DNA from: Owenia fusiformis
Lineage: Eukaryota
NCBI GenBank assembly: GCA_903813345.2
Contig: CAIIXF020000001.1
Span: forward strand, 45,446,001-45,510,000
Direction of reading: 5' to 3'
Length of the DNA: 64,000 nt
Each line of letters starts with the position of its first letter. The stretch's first letter is position 1. A model generated the notes under the pieces. The model ran no database searches and was not told the DNA's origin. It saw only the letters and a program-made list of their open reading frames with translations. Positions 25,213-38,682 of the stretch are shown here, one piece after another. The position numbers were made by a program, and so were the translations under genes.

Positions 25213-28200
25213 ATGTTTTTAGGTATGGGGAATGGCTGGTTTGACGCATGGCGAGATGAGGGGGAGCCTACATATTATTCTGAGCTTACAAGTCCTGTTA
25301 CTACGGATGTTGCTATCATCAGCGTCGTTTTCGCCTGCGCCATCATTTCAGCGGCACTCTTAGTTGCCGTTATCGGTACTAGAGGCACTGGAGTAAGTAT
25401 CCATTTGAGATTAGTGATTTATCTTACATTTGCCGCTGTCAGATGTTAATTTATTAACCATGTCGATTTCAAATATTATGTACACTTTTATTAGTATTAG
25501 AATATTTATGATTTTAAGTGTTAGATTTTAAAATACGTTTGACTTATTTGTACAAGTTTACATTGTGCCATATTGAAGAAATTCGTGACTTGCTTTATAT
25601 ACTCAATAGTTAATTTAAATAATTCATCTTTTCACTCAGGATGTTTGGAGGTAATGTCATATATCTTATATACTTATACAGTGACATCATGATTAAAATC
25701 TACTTTAGAAAATCTACTTAGTTCATATGACCTTTATATTTTATATTTGTTTCAAGCATTGTTCTTGTTGACATGACTTTTTAATGAGTAATGACTTTGA
25801 TTTCTACTTTTTAGAAATGGAAGACATTTATTAGAGTCATATACAGCTTATTTATAGGAATATCAATCTTATGTAAGTGTTATGTATTTATTTTGCGATT
25901 GTAGTTTGGATAATACGCCCAGAACGAAAGTCAATAAGACTCTTAGAACTTAAGATGGTGTTTTTCTCAAAATTAATTAATCATACCCGAAAGAACAATA
26001 AAATATTGATGAATTGTTTTTGAATTATCGGTTACTTCATTCGGCGCTTATAATTATTGACTTTGAGTCATTATGTTCTGCTGAACTGATATTTTATTGT
26101 ATGTAATGTATGCAATTTTGGTAAAAATCGCAAATCTGAACTAGTATAACCATTATATTTGAACATTGACAAACCAAATGAAATAAGATTCGAACTTTAA
26201 TATGATTAACTAATTCTTGAAAATGTTTTTTTTAATAAGTGACGACAACAGGACAAGGGTGGCTGAACTCTACTGTGCATACACATCACGAGTATATGAT
26301 GATGACCGACTGGGAGATGATGTCCGATATATCTGTGAAACTTGGCCTGAACTGGGTCAACATAACGCTGTCAGGTATGTTGAGTTCTTATGTAAACATA
26401 AGCGCAGCTTTGGGGACTCGAACTGACCGCGACCCGCCGTATTTGTACATCTGGCAGGACAGGTCAATCAATCAATCAACTACATAATACGCATCCTGTA
26501 AAAAAGATAATGTTCAGCTATTGCGAAGGACAATGGACTATAAAACTCAGAAGAATCCCTCCAACTATCAATGGTTTCAAAACTGCGTCATTTGATGAGC
26601 GTGTGGGTGGGGAAAACGTACTCCATATTACGTATATCGCGTTAACATATAGTATGATGATGGTTTTAGTATCGTACATGTACTTATTGTGTTTATGGCT
26701 TGCTTGTAAATTTAAGATGATAGCTTTTGTGCTGCTAGAGGCTTTTTCAAAAGCTTTGATCCGACCATTACTGTCTGAACAACTATAATACACGTGACAT
26801 TGAAATATTAGACAATTGTTGACCTTTTGAAATGAGAAAGCACAATTATATACAAATGAAAAACGCAAACATTTCAGCTGACTCATTTATACATGAAAAT
26901 CACATAGAATCAATAAATTAAATACTGAAGTATCACTAAATTAAATGCTGAAGACAGTGCTTTGTAAATGGTTGATTTGTTGTCATTTTCAAATGTTGTG
27001 CAGTGGACTTCCTTGTCTTGTATCTGATGCAAATAAATTAAAATGTGCTATTTTTTTATTGTAGGCAGTATATCAAATAATCAATCAACCCAACCTGTAT
27101 ACTACAATGAGAGATTCAAATGGATAGGAGGTATGTTTTAAATATTAGAGGTGACCGGAGCAAAACGGGTCACTTTTGGGTGGTTTACAAGACCGATTGG
27201 TCATTCATCAAGCCTGTGACGTGCAAAACGGATCTTTTTATTCATCGATTCATTTCTTTAATTTGATAGTATTTTGTGTTTAAATACTGTCAATAATTTA
27301 ATTGGCCATGTCTATTTCAAAATAATATTATTTTCTTTAAGTGCAGTTCCGAGGATTATAAGTTTACCAATCCTACTCTCCGATAAAACATGAACTATTG
27401 TTGCAGTTCTTAAATTAATGTAGCACAAACGTATAAGAAATATATAGCTCACTGGTGACATGGTTCCATATCACATCACAAACATGTTTCATTTCTGTAA
27501 ATGTTGACTCTACCAATCTTACAGTGTCTCAACTCGATGAGGAGTACCACGATGGACTGAGACGTGGTCTTCCTGATGCACTGCTGTATATAGCGGAGTA
27601 TTTCCATTCGGACCAGGGCGGTATTCGCTGGACAAGAAGCTTCCGAGAAGCTGGCTTTTATGTCTATATTTTATTATGGTAAATGATCTATAAATGTACA
27701 TATTTATTTATGTAATCAGACAAAGGAGAGTAAAGCTTTAAAAACAGTTAGTCTTTCACACCAATTCATCGTGTACCATCCATCCTCAACCCCAATACAC
27801 ATCTATCAAGAGATTCGATGCGAGAGCATGTAGGTTCAAAAGTGATGATTCTGCAAAATGTATGAATGAATGCATGTAAACAAGTCGTGGATTATATGAG
27901 TTATAAATGTTACGAGTTACGAGTTCTAACTTTTCTAGAGGCTAAGGTTCAAATAACAGTAAATGACATACAAATTGTTGAAGTCCGATAATAAATCAAT
28001 TCTATTTATATAGATCATTTGGCTAGTTTTGTGAAAGGCCCCTGTCAAGAGTACTCTCGCTGTAGAGTCAGTTCCTTGATCTCCATAAACATGACCAGGA
28101 TCACGGCGAGGTGTTGCCCCCATATCTTGGACAATTGTCAACTCTTGGTTCATTTCCGATTACATGCACATTATCATTACATGTAATGGCCGGACGAAGG

Positions 28201-29822
28201 GCATCATAATTCATTTACTGATATTATAAACTAAAATATATTTTCGGTTAATCAAGGTCACTTACTTGCAAATCAAAATTATATAACAATCGATTAAAAG
28301 GAACAGTTGGCAACATCTAAATAAGACACAAACGCACATTATAATCAAATTGATAAGCTTATCCATGTCTCATCAGAAGCAAATATTTTTTTAATTTTAG
28401 GGTTTCGTTTGCGTTCTGGGTAATCTGCAATATTCTGTTGTGTATGGCTGTCTTTTATGGCGCCATCATGCTTGCGTTAAGTGGTGTCGTACTTATCACT
28501 GCCAATATCCTCTACCATATAAGCCAACCGACGAATGTGATGGTCATACCGTTTGAGGACGATATGATGACGTTTGAGTATGGCTGGTGCTTCTGGCTAG
28601 AGGCCGCCGCAGGTTAGCACATTATACGTCAACTAAATATGGACGTAGTTAAAATCATTTTGTATTTAAAGGTCAAAGCTAATAAGTTAAATAATTGATC
28701 CAACTGGCCCAACCTATTTCAACCGTGCCCGACTTTGCCCAGTGATCCATATTGCTTTGCAATTTTCGCTGTTGAAGAAATTTGGACCTCATCGAGTGAA
28801 AATTGATTTTGCCAAAACTATTCATTTTTTCGTAGAGGGAGAGCTTATCAATGTTAGAGTTATAGGATGATAATCTTTCTGTTGTTAGGTGTACTTGCAC
28901 TGTTGGGTGGAATAGGGATTATGTTGTTCGCCGAGGCTTTCCCTAGAACTGCTGCCAGGTTTTTCCTCATCGATACTTCGCATTTAGACGAAATGGTTAC
29001 GTACTCAATGGATCATCTAGAAAAAGATAAGGTCGGTATCTCCCTGGTTTTGAACGTTAACTTGTTTCTCTGGCACATAATTAACTAGTTCCGACGATTA
29101 ACGGTTTTGCAGTAACCCTCAATGAGACTTTCTGTTGGTTTTTCTTCCAGTCCAAAACTGAATGGTATACAAACAAAGGATTTCTCCCCGAGCAATACTT
29201 AGAAGACATATCTCGTGTGAGAACACCGTCAATCTTCAAGGCGCCCAATTCTGGGTCATCTGATAACGATCCTCCATCGATGACTCTAGTTAATGAGCGT
29301 AAATTAAGCTCTCATTCAAACTACTCTGAAATGTCCGGATTAAGTCAGGAAAGCCACATCGGGGAGCAATATGTCCCTCATGTACAGAGTAGGGCAAATA
29401 CGTCATCACTACCAGCGTCATCCATCGAGGCGGGGTATAAGGCATCAGCTAACAGACGAGCGTCTATGCACGTAGGGGAACTCGGTGCTCTCAACATCAA
29501 AAGCCTCTTGGACCCGGATACAACAGCGCCAAGAAGGATGTCTGTGCCTCATTACCTCCACCCACCTACACATCTACTTACACCGGACTCTAGGAGAAAG
29601 ACACATAAACATTATGGATCACACAGATCCTTAAGCTCTGATATAGATAAGATTGAAGAAGGAAACTCCGAGGAAGAAGACCAGGTGAATTCCGAAGAAA
29701 GCGAGGCCATGAGCGCTCAAAATGACAACGAATCGAGGTCCGGTTCAGAATCAAGACGCGGCTCTAAATCAACCCTTGGGGCACCATCCTATGTTGAAAC
29801 CAACGCGGACACTCTGTTTTAA
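25213..29822 (+). CDS. DuoxA: Dual oxidase maturation factor (DuoxA / NIP-moladietz family), about 539 aa
   Basis: Exons: 25213-25392 (GWFDAWRDEGEPTYY..PVTTDV), 25815-25872, 26240-26374 (LGLNWVNITLS), 27065-27130 (YNERFKW), 27525-27678 (GLRRGLPDALLYIAEYF..GIRW..FREAGFY..LLW), 28401-28612 (YGWCFWL), 28889-29031, 29151-29822. All are GT-AG and in phase. The start could instead be the ATG at 25225. Confidence 0.95.
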
Positions 29823-31479
29823 AAAGATTCATTATACATAAATGATTGTTTTTGACTGATAGTATATTTTTATTACAAAATGAAGTGTGGTAAACCACAA
29901 GAAAAATATATCGAGAAATAACAGCATCTTATACCCATAAACAAGAGATAGGAATAAAGAATAAAGGACTATTTCAACTTTCATTTTGATATCAGTTGCT
30001 TGGTGCCAACTTTACTCCAGATTTACCAGTGACATTAATTATATTTTATATATTAAATTATTGTTATATTTAACACACGTACATGCAATCATTTTCATTT
30101 TGTAAATTCTCAGTTTTATCACATTGAGGTTGTGGTACCAAGACAAAAGCTTCGTCTAAGCTATCCTCCACACGAAAGAGGTCATCAGCATCTAAAAGAA
30201 TAGATCAATACTCCTTAGTAGCCATGCGTTTGCAATGGAGGATGGCTATATCCACGAAGATGCTTCTCATTGTGTAATTGTCATCAATCTCATTTTAGAG
30301 ATCAAGGTGTTTTAATCTTACATTGACCGCATATTTCATAAATCACAAAGGGCGGTAATTCAAATACGCTTATGCAATAGAAGTTGTATGAGATTGAGTA
30401 AACTTTCGTCTGACGCCTGATCTGCATAAATACCATTACTCAATTAGTAAATGAATATATATTTTACTATAATTCTGTAAGAACATATCGCAATTGTACA
30501 TAGAAATTGGATTGTTGATTATCAACAAGATAATAGGATCACAGTATTTATAATTACTAAATAAAACGTTAACAAGCTTATATATGATATGTGCTTCTTT
30601 TTTATTTGTTCATAATCTTTTTATTAATTCCTAAAAAGCCACGTTACTAAATGAACCAAATGTAATATTTTGTGAGGAAAGTACAAACTAGAATCAGAAT
30701 TAAGATATAACACAATATATAATTGAGACATTAGAGAGATTTTGCTTATACAGGCAGATTTCCACAGAGCACCCTTTCTTTGGTGATGAATCCGTTTACA
30801 CCTATATTATAAATTGTCCAATGATGGTTCCAGATCTCTCTGACAGATATAACTAGGTGTCTTAATCTGCAGGTACTAGAAGATGCGGCATTATTGTTAA
30901 ATTGTTGATTTGAATATGCCTTAAATGATCCCACCTCATTTTGCATCGATTAAAAGAATTCTGGTGGGAAATACCTGCCTATTTTAGGTTGAGAGAACCA
31001 AACAAACCAAACGATTTTTTTAATCTGACTAATATCAATGAGCATAAGACAATTGCAACATTATTTCAAGTTATGCTACCTTAGCACCACATCTAGTGCT
31101 TCAATTAATGTAAATTCACTTTGAAACATCAACATGTCCAATAGGTTTAGAACAGATTTTGGTCCGTGATTGTGAAATGATTCCACGTTAACCTAGTCTA
31201 CATGTGATATATTTCCAGTAGACTCTCCAAACTAGTTAAAAAACGAGTTTTATGTCAAGCAAAATCTTTACGACCTTTTAAGTTCAAACATATATCAGTA
31301 TACTTTTTACGAAAATCTAAGAATTCGCGAACGAATAGTTGATGCTGACACACGTTTTTCGCCAAAAAGGTCGTAGAGATGCTGCCTACATCTTGGGAAA
31401 TCATGGGAAAAGTATCCCCGTAGCTGCGACATTTCGTAACATTTGAAAAGATACTCCACGGTGCATTTGGACTGTTCTA

Positions 31480-32408
31480 CAGAGTGTCTCAAAAAAATGT
31501 TACACTTACAAAAAGTTCAATATCTTTCATAATTTTGACTTGTCCCCTAAAATATACTTTGGATACCAAAAGACAAATCTTTCCCGAATAATTTGACACC
31601 ATCAGATTCAAAATCTGTCCTTGATTGGCTCCACATGACAGCTTTTAGTGTCCCATAGTAAAATCTGACTTGCGCCAACTTCTAAACTTTCTTCTGAGCA
31701 GAAGCTTGACCATTAACTCATGTCATTCTGTAATTTTCCTATTTGTCTTACATATGGTCATTGGGTCTATTCGCATAAACATGTGGTCCCCTCGACATGT
31801 TGAATGTGAAAGCAAATCTGATCATGAGGTACCTTTGAGCATGCGAACATGCATTGTAATATCACACTGATTCCATCAATTATTTTTGTAGAAGTTCATT
31901 TAGGTCAGTTTGTGATGCTGTAAAGCGCTTTAAGAGGCCCTCCAAAAAATCAAGGGTGTAAAGTGGGATGGCCCTGGGGGCCAATCAATTGGGTAATTCA
32001 ATGCTATCTTTGATTTCCAAAGAGTTCTACCAAACGATCTGCCACAGGCCTTTGCACCATCCTGTTACCATCATACGTAACGAAATTGAACCTTTGACAA
32101 TGAAATGTTGTGTATCTATCCAGGAAAGAAACAACTGGATCATTGATCATATCAAGATATCACTGTCCACAGCATTCACACCAAAAAAAGAATTAACCAT
32201 CACATGTCCAACCACTGCGAAGTTGGCGCAAATCAGATTTCACACGCCTCTATAAAATCTGTCCTGTGCAGCCAAATTTTGAATCTGATGGTGTGGATTT
32301 ATTTGAGAAAGGCTGGTCTTTTGGTATCTAAGTATATTTTAGGGGAAAGTCAAAATCATGAATGATATTGAACTTTTTGTAAGTGTAACATATTTTTGAG
32401 ACACACTG
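31480..32408 (-). mobile_element. Tc1/mariner-derived element with about 200-bp TIRs and a decayed transposase
   Basis: TA-CAGAGTGTCTCAAAAAAATGTTACACTTAC...GTAAGTGTAACATATTTTTGAGACACACTG-TA. The minus strand retains QDGA and WPP...TPLDF remnants. Confidence 0.85.
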
Positions 32409-32454
32409 TAGTACGTTAACTGGATTTTTCTAGTCAAACTTTTAGAGGAAACAT

Positions 32455-35400
32455 CTAATACACATGCACTTTCTCTGGTTCTCCACTTTCATGACGTATT
32501 CTCTGCCCAGACTCATCCCACCACCATCCCTCATCAGCGTCGACAACACTCTCCGCTTCTAGCAGATGATCCTCTTTGTGCAAGTTGGACATTTTAGAAT
32601 CATTACCATTCATTTGATCTAACTTTCTTCTGTATCGAATTTTCTCATCTTTGCACCTCAATCTGTTCCTATACCACGGTAGGATATATTTATCCGTAAT
32701 TATAAGGAATAAGACAATCAAAATAAATGATGCAAAAATCAAGATCGGAGCAAGGACATATAAAGAGAATCCCTTTCTTTTAACAGGTTCTGTGCTTGCA
32801 GCATATATCATCGCAGTTCGTGGACCGCCATCTTTATAGAAATAATGAGATTCGTAGTAAGATAGAATTTCATCAAGTTTTTGATAAACACTCATATTCT
32901 GCATGGTTATGTTAGTTTTTGTCACATTGTTGTTATGAGTATTGTTGTTCATATGAGTGTTTCTATTGTTGCTGTTTGTTGGAATGTAGTTTGTGATATT
33001 GTTACTTGTGCTGTTACGCATTGATAGATGGCAGTTGGAGCTGGTCAAGGTAGTTAATGTAGAACCATGCGTAAACACGCACTGAAAATAAAGAAATAGT
33101 ATAGTTTCTTAAAGTTCTTGAATCTAACGGTAAGAGCTATGATACCATGGTGGACAATGATTTCTCTTTGATATGCATGGCCCAATATAGCACCGGTAGA
33201 ATACTAGAAAGACGCCACGGAGTAGCTATTGTCAATTGCAGTTTGATTTGGATCAGATCATATTAACAAAACAAGTAACGCAACTTTGAAGTGTCCTGGT
33301 GAAATGGGTTTAGTACAAAATGCTACGATATGATTGGTTGAAATGATGAATATTCGATCATCCTGATTTGTGCAATAACGTACCGCAGATGGACAGCTTT
33401 GATAAATTAGGCCTACATGTATATATCCCTAGACGACTGTCGCAAGGGCAAGGGTTTGGACCATACCAGGTAGGTATGATACAAACTAGGAGAATATTCC
33501 TCGAGGTACAATTTTCTCATTTACACCAGGGTACTTACGGTTTTACTATTTGTTGCATAGGTCAGTAGAGCATAGTCCCCGCAGTGTCCGAGTTTCCATT
33601 TCTCGCTAAGTACGGCATTTGCAAGTTCATCTGTGGGTATTTGTTTTGACTTGACTGGTTCCAGGGGAAATCGGCCATTCATTTTGAAATCATCGGGCAG
33701 TTCTTCATATGACTCCCTCGTATCGATATATTCCTCAACATCATTTCTAAAAGATATAATATACGAGTGTGTATACAAATAGTGGAAAGTCGTGTCGGAT
33801 TGTTTAAACAATATTTAAGTTATGACAACATCAAAAGTTCAGCCTGAAAAGTATTATCGAAATGGTATGCAGTCACACGAAAGGTTTAAACATACTCTAA
33901 AAATATATGAAGAATATTATATTATATTGTATTGTTATTTCTTTGCAATAAACATTTCAAATCAGGAGAAAAAAACACTTTGACCCATCGACGGGATCTA
34001 TTCCACCTGCCTTTCGAGATTCGTGGAATATTCCTTGTCACTGAAAGATGCACCACGTCGGTCCCCATGCTAAGCAATAACGTTCAGCCGAAGCTAATGA
34101 ACACAGATGAAGATGCATAGGAAATCCTAAACAGAAAAACTACTTCAGTATCATTACCTGTCTACTGATATTATATTGCTGACTAAGATGACCACGAACT
34201 CATAGCCAGAGTAGGGCGTATGGCTGTTGCATTCATCCGCAGCACAGGAACAGGTCGATGACATGTGGATTCTTTGGAGACGTCTCTGTATTGAAAGTGC
34301 TTGAAAAAACAATGTGGTATTTTATAACATGATGCATTGTTGGTTTCTACAACTATTTTATATCAGAGTATTGGTATTGGAATTCATTCTTGAAAATGGT
34401 GCATTAAAAGATGGGAAGGGAAATACTCGTTATGCGTATATTCATTAATTGCTTGGGATGTCGGAATAATGTTTTCTAGCAGTGTCATATTTTTCCGTTT
34501 TTCCTCTTTGGTCATTTTATACATTTACCGAAGATAATAAACAGAACTTCAAATGCCACCTTTTTGATGCTGTGGTTTTAATGTATGATTTCAAGTCAAT
34601 ATTTTACAAACATTAGTTTTTATAAGTAAATATAACATCACAAACCTTGAAAGAATAAGTAGAGTATAATCAACATAGTGTCAAATCAATAACCCTCCAT
34701 TCAATCAAAAATAGACTGCTTAAAGCTTGTCATGACATTTACCAAATATTTAATGATGACAATCTGACAAAAACCGGTGAAAGTTAAACACCTACGTATA
34801 CTTTTTGTTTATCACGCAACCCATGGGGATATCGTGGAGGATATACTCGTGGTATGATTATCTGCTCATCCACCTAAAAGGGCTTAACCAGCAGGCGTTG
34901 CCTATATCACGTGCACAAACGTGAGTCAGTATCATATATTTAAAAAAATCCAAAACGTTACGATCGTGGAAATTCTGCCTAGAACTTGACAAATAAGGAA
35001 AAAAGAAAAATCGTAACTTCGAGGTTCCGACATTTTGTTCCATCTGATTTAGTAACTAGTTTGGAGAGTGCAGTACCAGTGTATATCAAGATTTTCAATC
35101 ATTACCATAAAATGGCGCTTACACTATATGACTTACATGTTAAAATTACCGTATGTCCGCTGTGACGGGGTAGGTGATAACTATTTGAATCTGTGGGTCA
35201 TATCACGTATGAGTGATAACGGCATCCTCTATAAAAACTCACTTACCGCAATTCTGTTTGTCTGTAAGAATTTGTTGTATTTACACGAAAGAAATGAGAC
35301 AGCAAAAAAGAACAACCTTCCATCTATATGAACCCCTTTTTTTAATTACCTTCATCGTGTTCAAGGATATGCTCTGGGTCACAAAAATATGAAGGAACAC

Positions 35401-35587
35401 TTTTCACTCCTCGGCACAAGAACCTCGTCTTTGGATTTGGAAGATTCGAAGTACTCCAAAACGTTTGATTTGGTCGCATCATCGCAGATGCTACTGGCAA
35501 TGTTGTTAGGTATGAAATTGCCCATGCTGTCATATAGGCAAATATGCATATGTTTTGTTTTGTTATAATTGGAGTCATTATTGTCAT
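32455..35587 (-). CDS. Single-pass membrane protein with a TPM/MOLO-1-like ectodomain, about 404 aa
   Basis: Exons 35587-35350 (hydrophobic leader, then WSTSNLPNP..C....SYFCDPEHIL), 34299-34158 (CSC..C...GYEFVVILV), 33746-33539 (ELANAVLSEKWKLGHCGDYALL) and 33081-32455 (N/T-rich segment, TM helix, basic juxtamembrane segment, tail) join in frame. The PNP..C..CDP and W.LG.C motifs are typical of the TPM/MOLO1 family. A probable non-coding first exon lies at about 35841-35900. Confidence 0.8.
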
Positions 35588-36378
35588 CGCAGCATTTTAT
35601 CTCAACGACCTCGGTCTTTTTCTTGTAATCTGTAAAGTATAGAGAAGTCACCTATTATAAGGAGAATGTAAATTATCTGGCCAACAGGTCCACATCGTCT
35701 TCAAATAATAACCAAGAAAAGTTCCTGGTTTATACGACCAGACTTTGTCATTAACAGATTTCAATACAATTATTGTTTCTAAAATTAAAATGAACTAAAC
35801 ATGAACCTCAGGCTAATATAGTAGTCTATTCACAACTTACCAGCTTTCAGGTACCTTGTGTCATTGAGTGCCCTCCATTAGATACACGCTACACTACAAA
35901 AGACAATGCATGTAGTCTAAATATATATATAATATCATTATCAGAATGATTGTTCGGTTTAGCCAGGTATTTATCTGCCGCCAAAGTATGAAGTGGTCGT
36001 TATCTCGAATCAATAGAGATTAATTAATTACTAATGAGTCTGGCGTGATGAAGATTCTTCGATACATTCCTAGTCCATTATCTATAAGCATGATCTATAA
36101 GTATATACTGTAGAATGACACTTGTATGTTACAAATTAAAGTAGTCCCGATGGATCTAGAAATCTGTGTAGTAGAACAGATCTCTAGTAGATATATTATA
36201 CATAGCTTTACATTTACCACCACCCACCTACACATACGTACAAGCAGATAATTGTGGTTGATTATAACTGCATGTGTTAGTCATACTCATACAGATAACT
36301 AACACCTTGACAATTTGATACAATTTAGTGGTTGTCAATATGACTTCTCAGCAACTCAAACCATATGGTTTGTTATCA

Positions 36379-36439
36379 ACTCAAACTCAAGACTTAACAT
36401 CTACTCAAACTCAAGACTTAACATCCACTCAAACTCAAA
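36379..36439. repeat. 24-bp tandem repeat (about 2.5 copies)
   Basis: ACTCAAACTCAAGACTTAACATC(T/C) units. Confidence 0.8.
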
Positions 36440-37203
36440 AGAAATGGAATGGCGTTAAAAGTCATGACTCCATCAAGATTGCTACAGACACTCGAAGGTT
36501 GTCAATTTTGATTTGTATTTAATTCGCTTCTCTTTGAAAGCTAGATGTGTCATCACTAGAAAGAAAGTGAATGTTAATTATAATATCGCAAATTATTGTT
36601 ATAGTAGTATTGCTAGTCTTATAACAAGCCTGTGTGGCACCATTGGTTGGGGAAATTGCTATTTATTCTCGTATATCCAATCTTCTTACAGTTGTTATCA
36701 ACAAAACGACATTGGTGATCAAGGAGGATCAACCGACATGCAACACAGGACTCCGTAAAAGCAAACCCTCGTTTCGTTCTTAAGCTACATTATTGATCTG
36801 CTAAATGTGCTAATATAATCTTAAATCCATTTCGGTAATTGCTTCTATAGAATGAAGTAATGTTTTCATGTGCAACCCCTTATGTTGGACTTCTTCACGA
36901 TCTGCCCTGAGTGTGTATATAGCTTTTCATGCAAGAGGGCTAGAAACATTACATTTTATAAATATTATTATTATTAACAAAAATGACTTTACTGAAAATT
37001 AAAGAAACTTGACGAGAATAGGAAAATTCTGCAGAGAAGTTTTCAAAGTATTTTAATTTTGCCGCAATTTCTAGCAAAGTGAACAGTTACACTCTTATAT
37101 CTTTCAAGGAAATGTAATCGGTTTTTTCATTTGATTATATTAAGGTAGGGCTAGTGGGGTCCCCTGGTGACAAGGCTGCACTACTACTGTATAGTGTGTT
37201 ATA

Positions 37204-37280
37204 CAGGGTGTTCATAGAATATCTTTTCAATTCCAATTGAAAGTCTATGTAAAGTGTAAGGGGACTTTATTTACACCCTG
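37204..37280. mobile_element. Tiny TA-flanked MITE
   Basis: TA-CAGGGTG...CACCCTG-TA. Confidence 0.5.
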
Positions 37281-38582
37281 TATTATCATCAAAATTGATT
37301 TGTTATAGTAACTATTTGCGTGATGCAGAAACGAGGACACACTGAATGGGAATACTAATACCCCTAATATGACTGGTTTGTGTTGAATGACGTACCGTCT
37401 ATAAAGAAGTCACGTTACAAACGACGTGACAAGACAAGACAAGACTTATTAATGATGTATTAATTATTTCTCTATCAATGAGGGTAATTTTGACCAAAAT
37501 CATAAACAACATAGAACATAATTTCAATGATGCTAAATTGTAAAATAGCCTTTACATATCTAATTTCTAAGATGGCTAAAAGCAGATTCGTTTACCAACG
37601 TCAATACACAGAATGAAATATTACACCTGACATTTATGTACAACCTTCTCACCTACCTGAGAAGTCAACAGAATATGAAAAAGAAATTACTCCATTTTTC
37701 TTTTCATAGTGTTCAAATTCCGCATGGCCTGGCTTTGTGAGTGTCTATTTTACTGTACGATACTCTCCCTGTTGCACCTCGACCGACCCTTATTAAGATA
37801 TAAATCAAAACCTCTAGCACATCAGCTCGTCGGTCTCAAAGCCTTCTCTCGCCGTTAGCATGTTCGTGTCGTCAGAAACCCGAGCCTTGCTCATCATGAT
37901 TATTAGTCGTCCAAATTAATAATTGCACTTTCGTATAGTATCGCCAGACCCCGATATAGCAATAGAAATCACCAGGTGAGTTATATTGCTCTACGGTGTA
38001 TTATATCCTTGACCCACGGGGTGTACTGTAGCTCTATAGTTCATTAATCGTGCATGTTCCACGGGTCTTGGATGAAGTATTTGTCCAAGGCTCTTGTGAA
38101 CATATTTGTAAAGTAACTAGCACTGGAGTACTCTCTAAATATCTAATACAATTTATTAAGTTAGAATCACTTTTGTTAACTAGATATATTTTGAACTTTG
38201 ACCAGATTTCAAGTTTCTCCCTGCTGTTTTAGTCTGAGAAAAGAAGTTAAATATCATCTATGAATAAATATATAATCCAAATACCCTCCACTTGATCGTA
38301 AAAACAATCGGCATAATTCCTCACATAACTGTATAGATTATATAACACTACAATAACAAACCCCGTGTAAACGATGTGTTAATCCACGATACATTACCCG
38401 GTGGAACAATTGCTATTTAAAAGTAGCTTAATCTTAATTCCATTGGAGACTACAATGTGGATTATATTATGAGGTAATGATAGATTGAAGGAATGTCGTT
38501 CAAATTCTGAAACCAATGAAATCTTTGCGATCTTTAAGGAGTACAGCTGGTCAACACAACATAGTAATTAAACCTTCAGTAC

Positions 38583-38682
38583 ACACCTCCTTTAAATATA
38601 ACAGTTATGTTGACAATACACCCCCTTTAAATATAACAGTTATGTTGACAATACACCTCCTTTAAATATAACAGTTATGTTG
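38583..38682. repeat. 35-bp tandem minisatellite (about 3 copies)
   Basis: ACACCTCCTTTAAATATAACAGTTATGTTGACAAT, head-to-tail with no spacers. Confidence 0.9.

Noticed and set aside
26111..26122. TGCAATTTTGGT (CNFG), resembling a DuoxA motif
   Set aside because: It has no usable acceptor, and the exon at 26240 already supplies this region in frame.
33985..34127. Coding-looking segment in a TPM gene intron
   Set aside because: It has a stop codon in the required frame and would need an intron of about 30 nt.
35247..35261. Possible 15-nt in-phase microexon of the TPM gene (AG...GTAAGT, minus strand)
   Set aside because: Flanking exons join well without it, and it cannot be supported without RNA data.
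38583..38682. 35-bp repeats of CRISPR-like length
   Set aside because: The units are head-to-tail with no spacers and no cas genes in a eukaryotic context, so this is a minisatellite.
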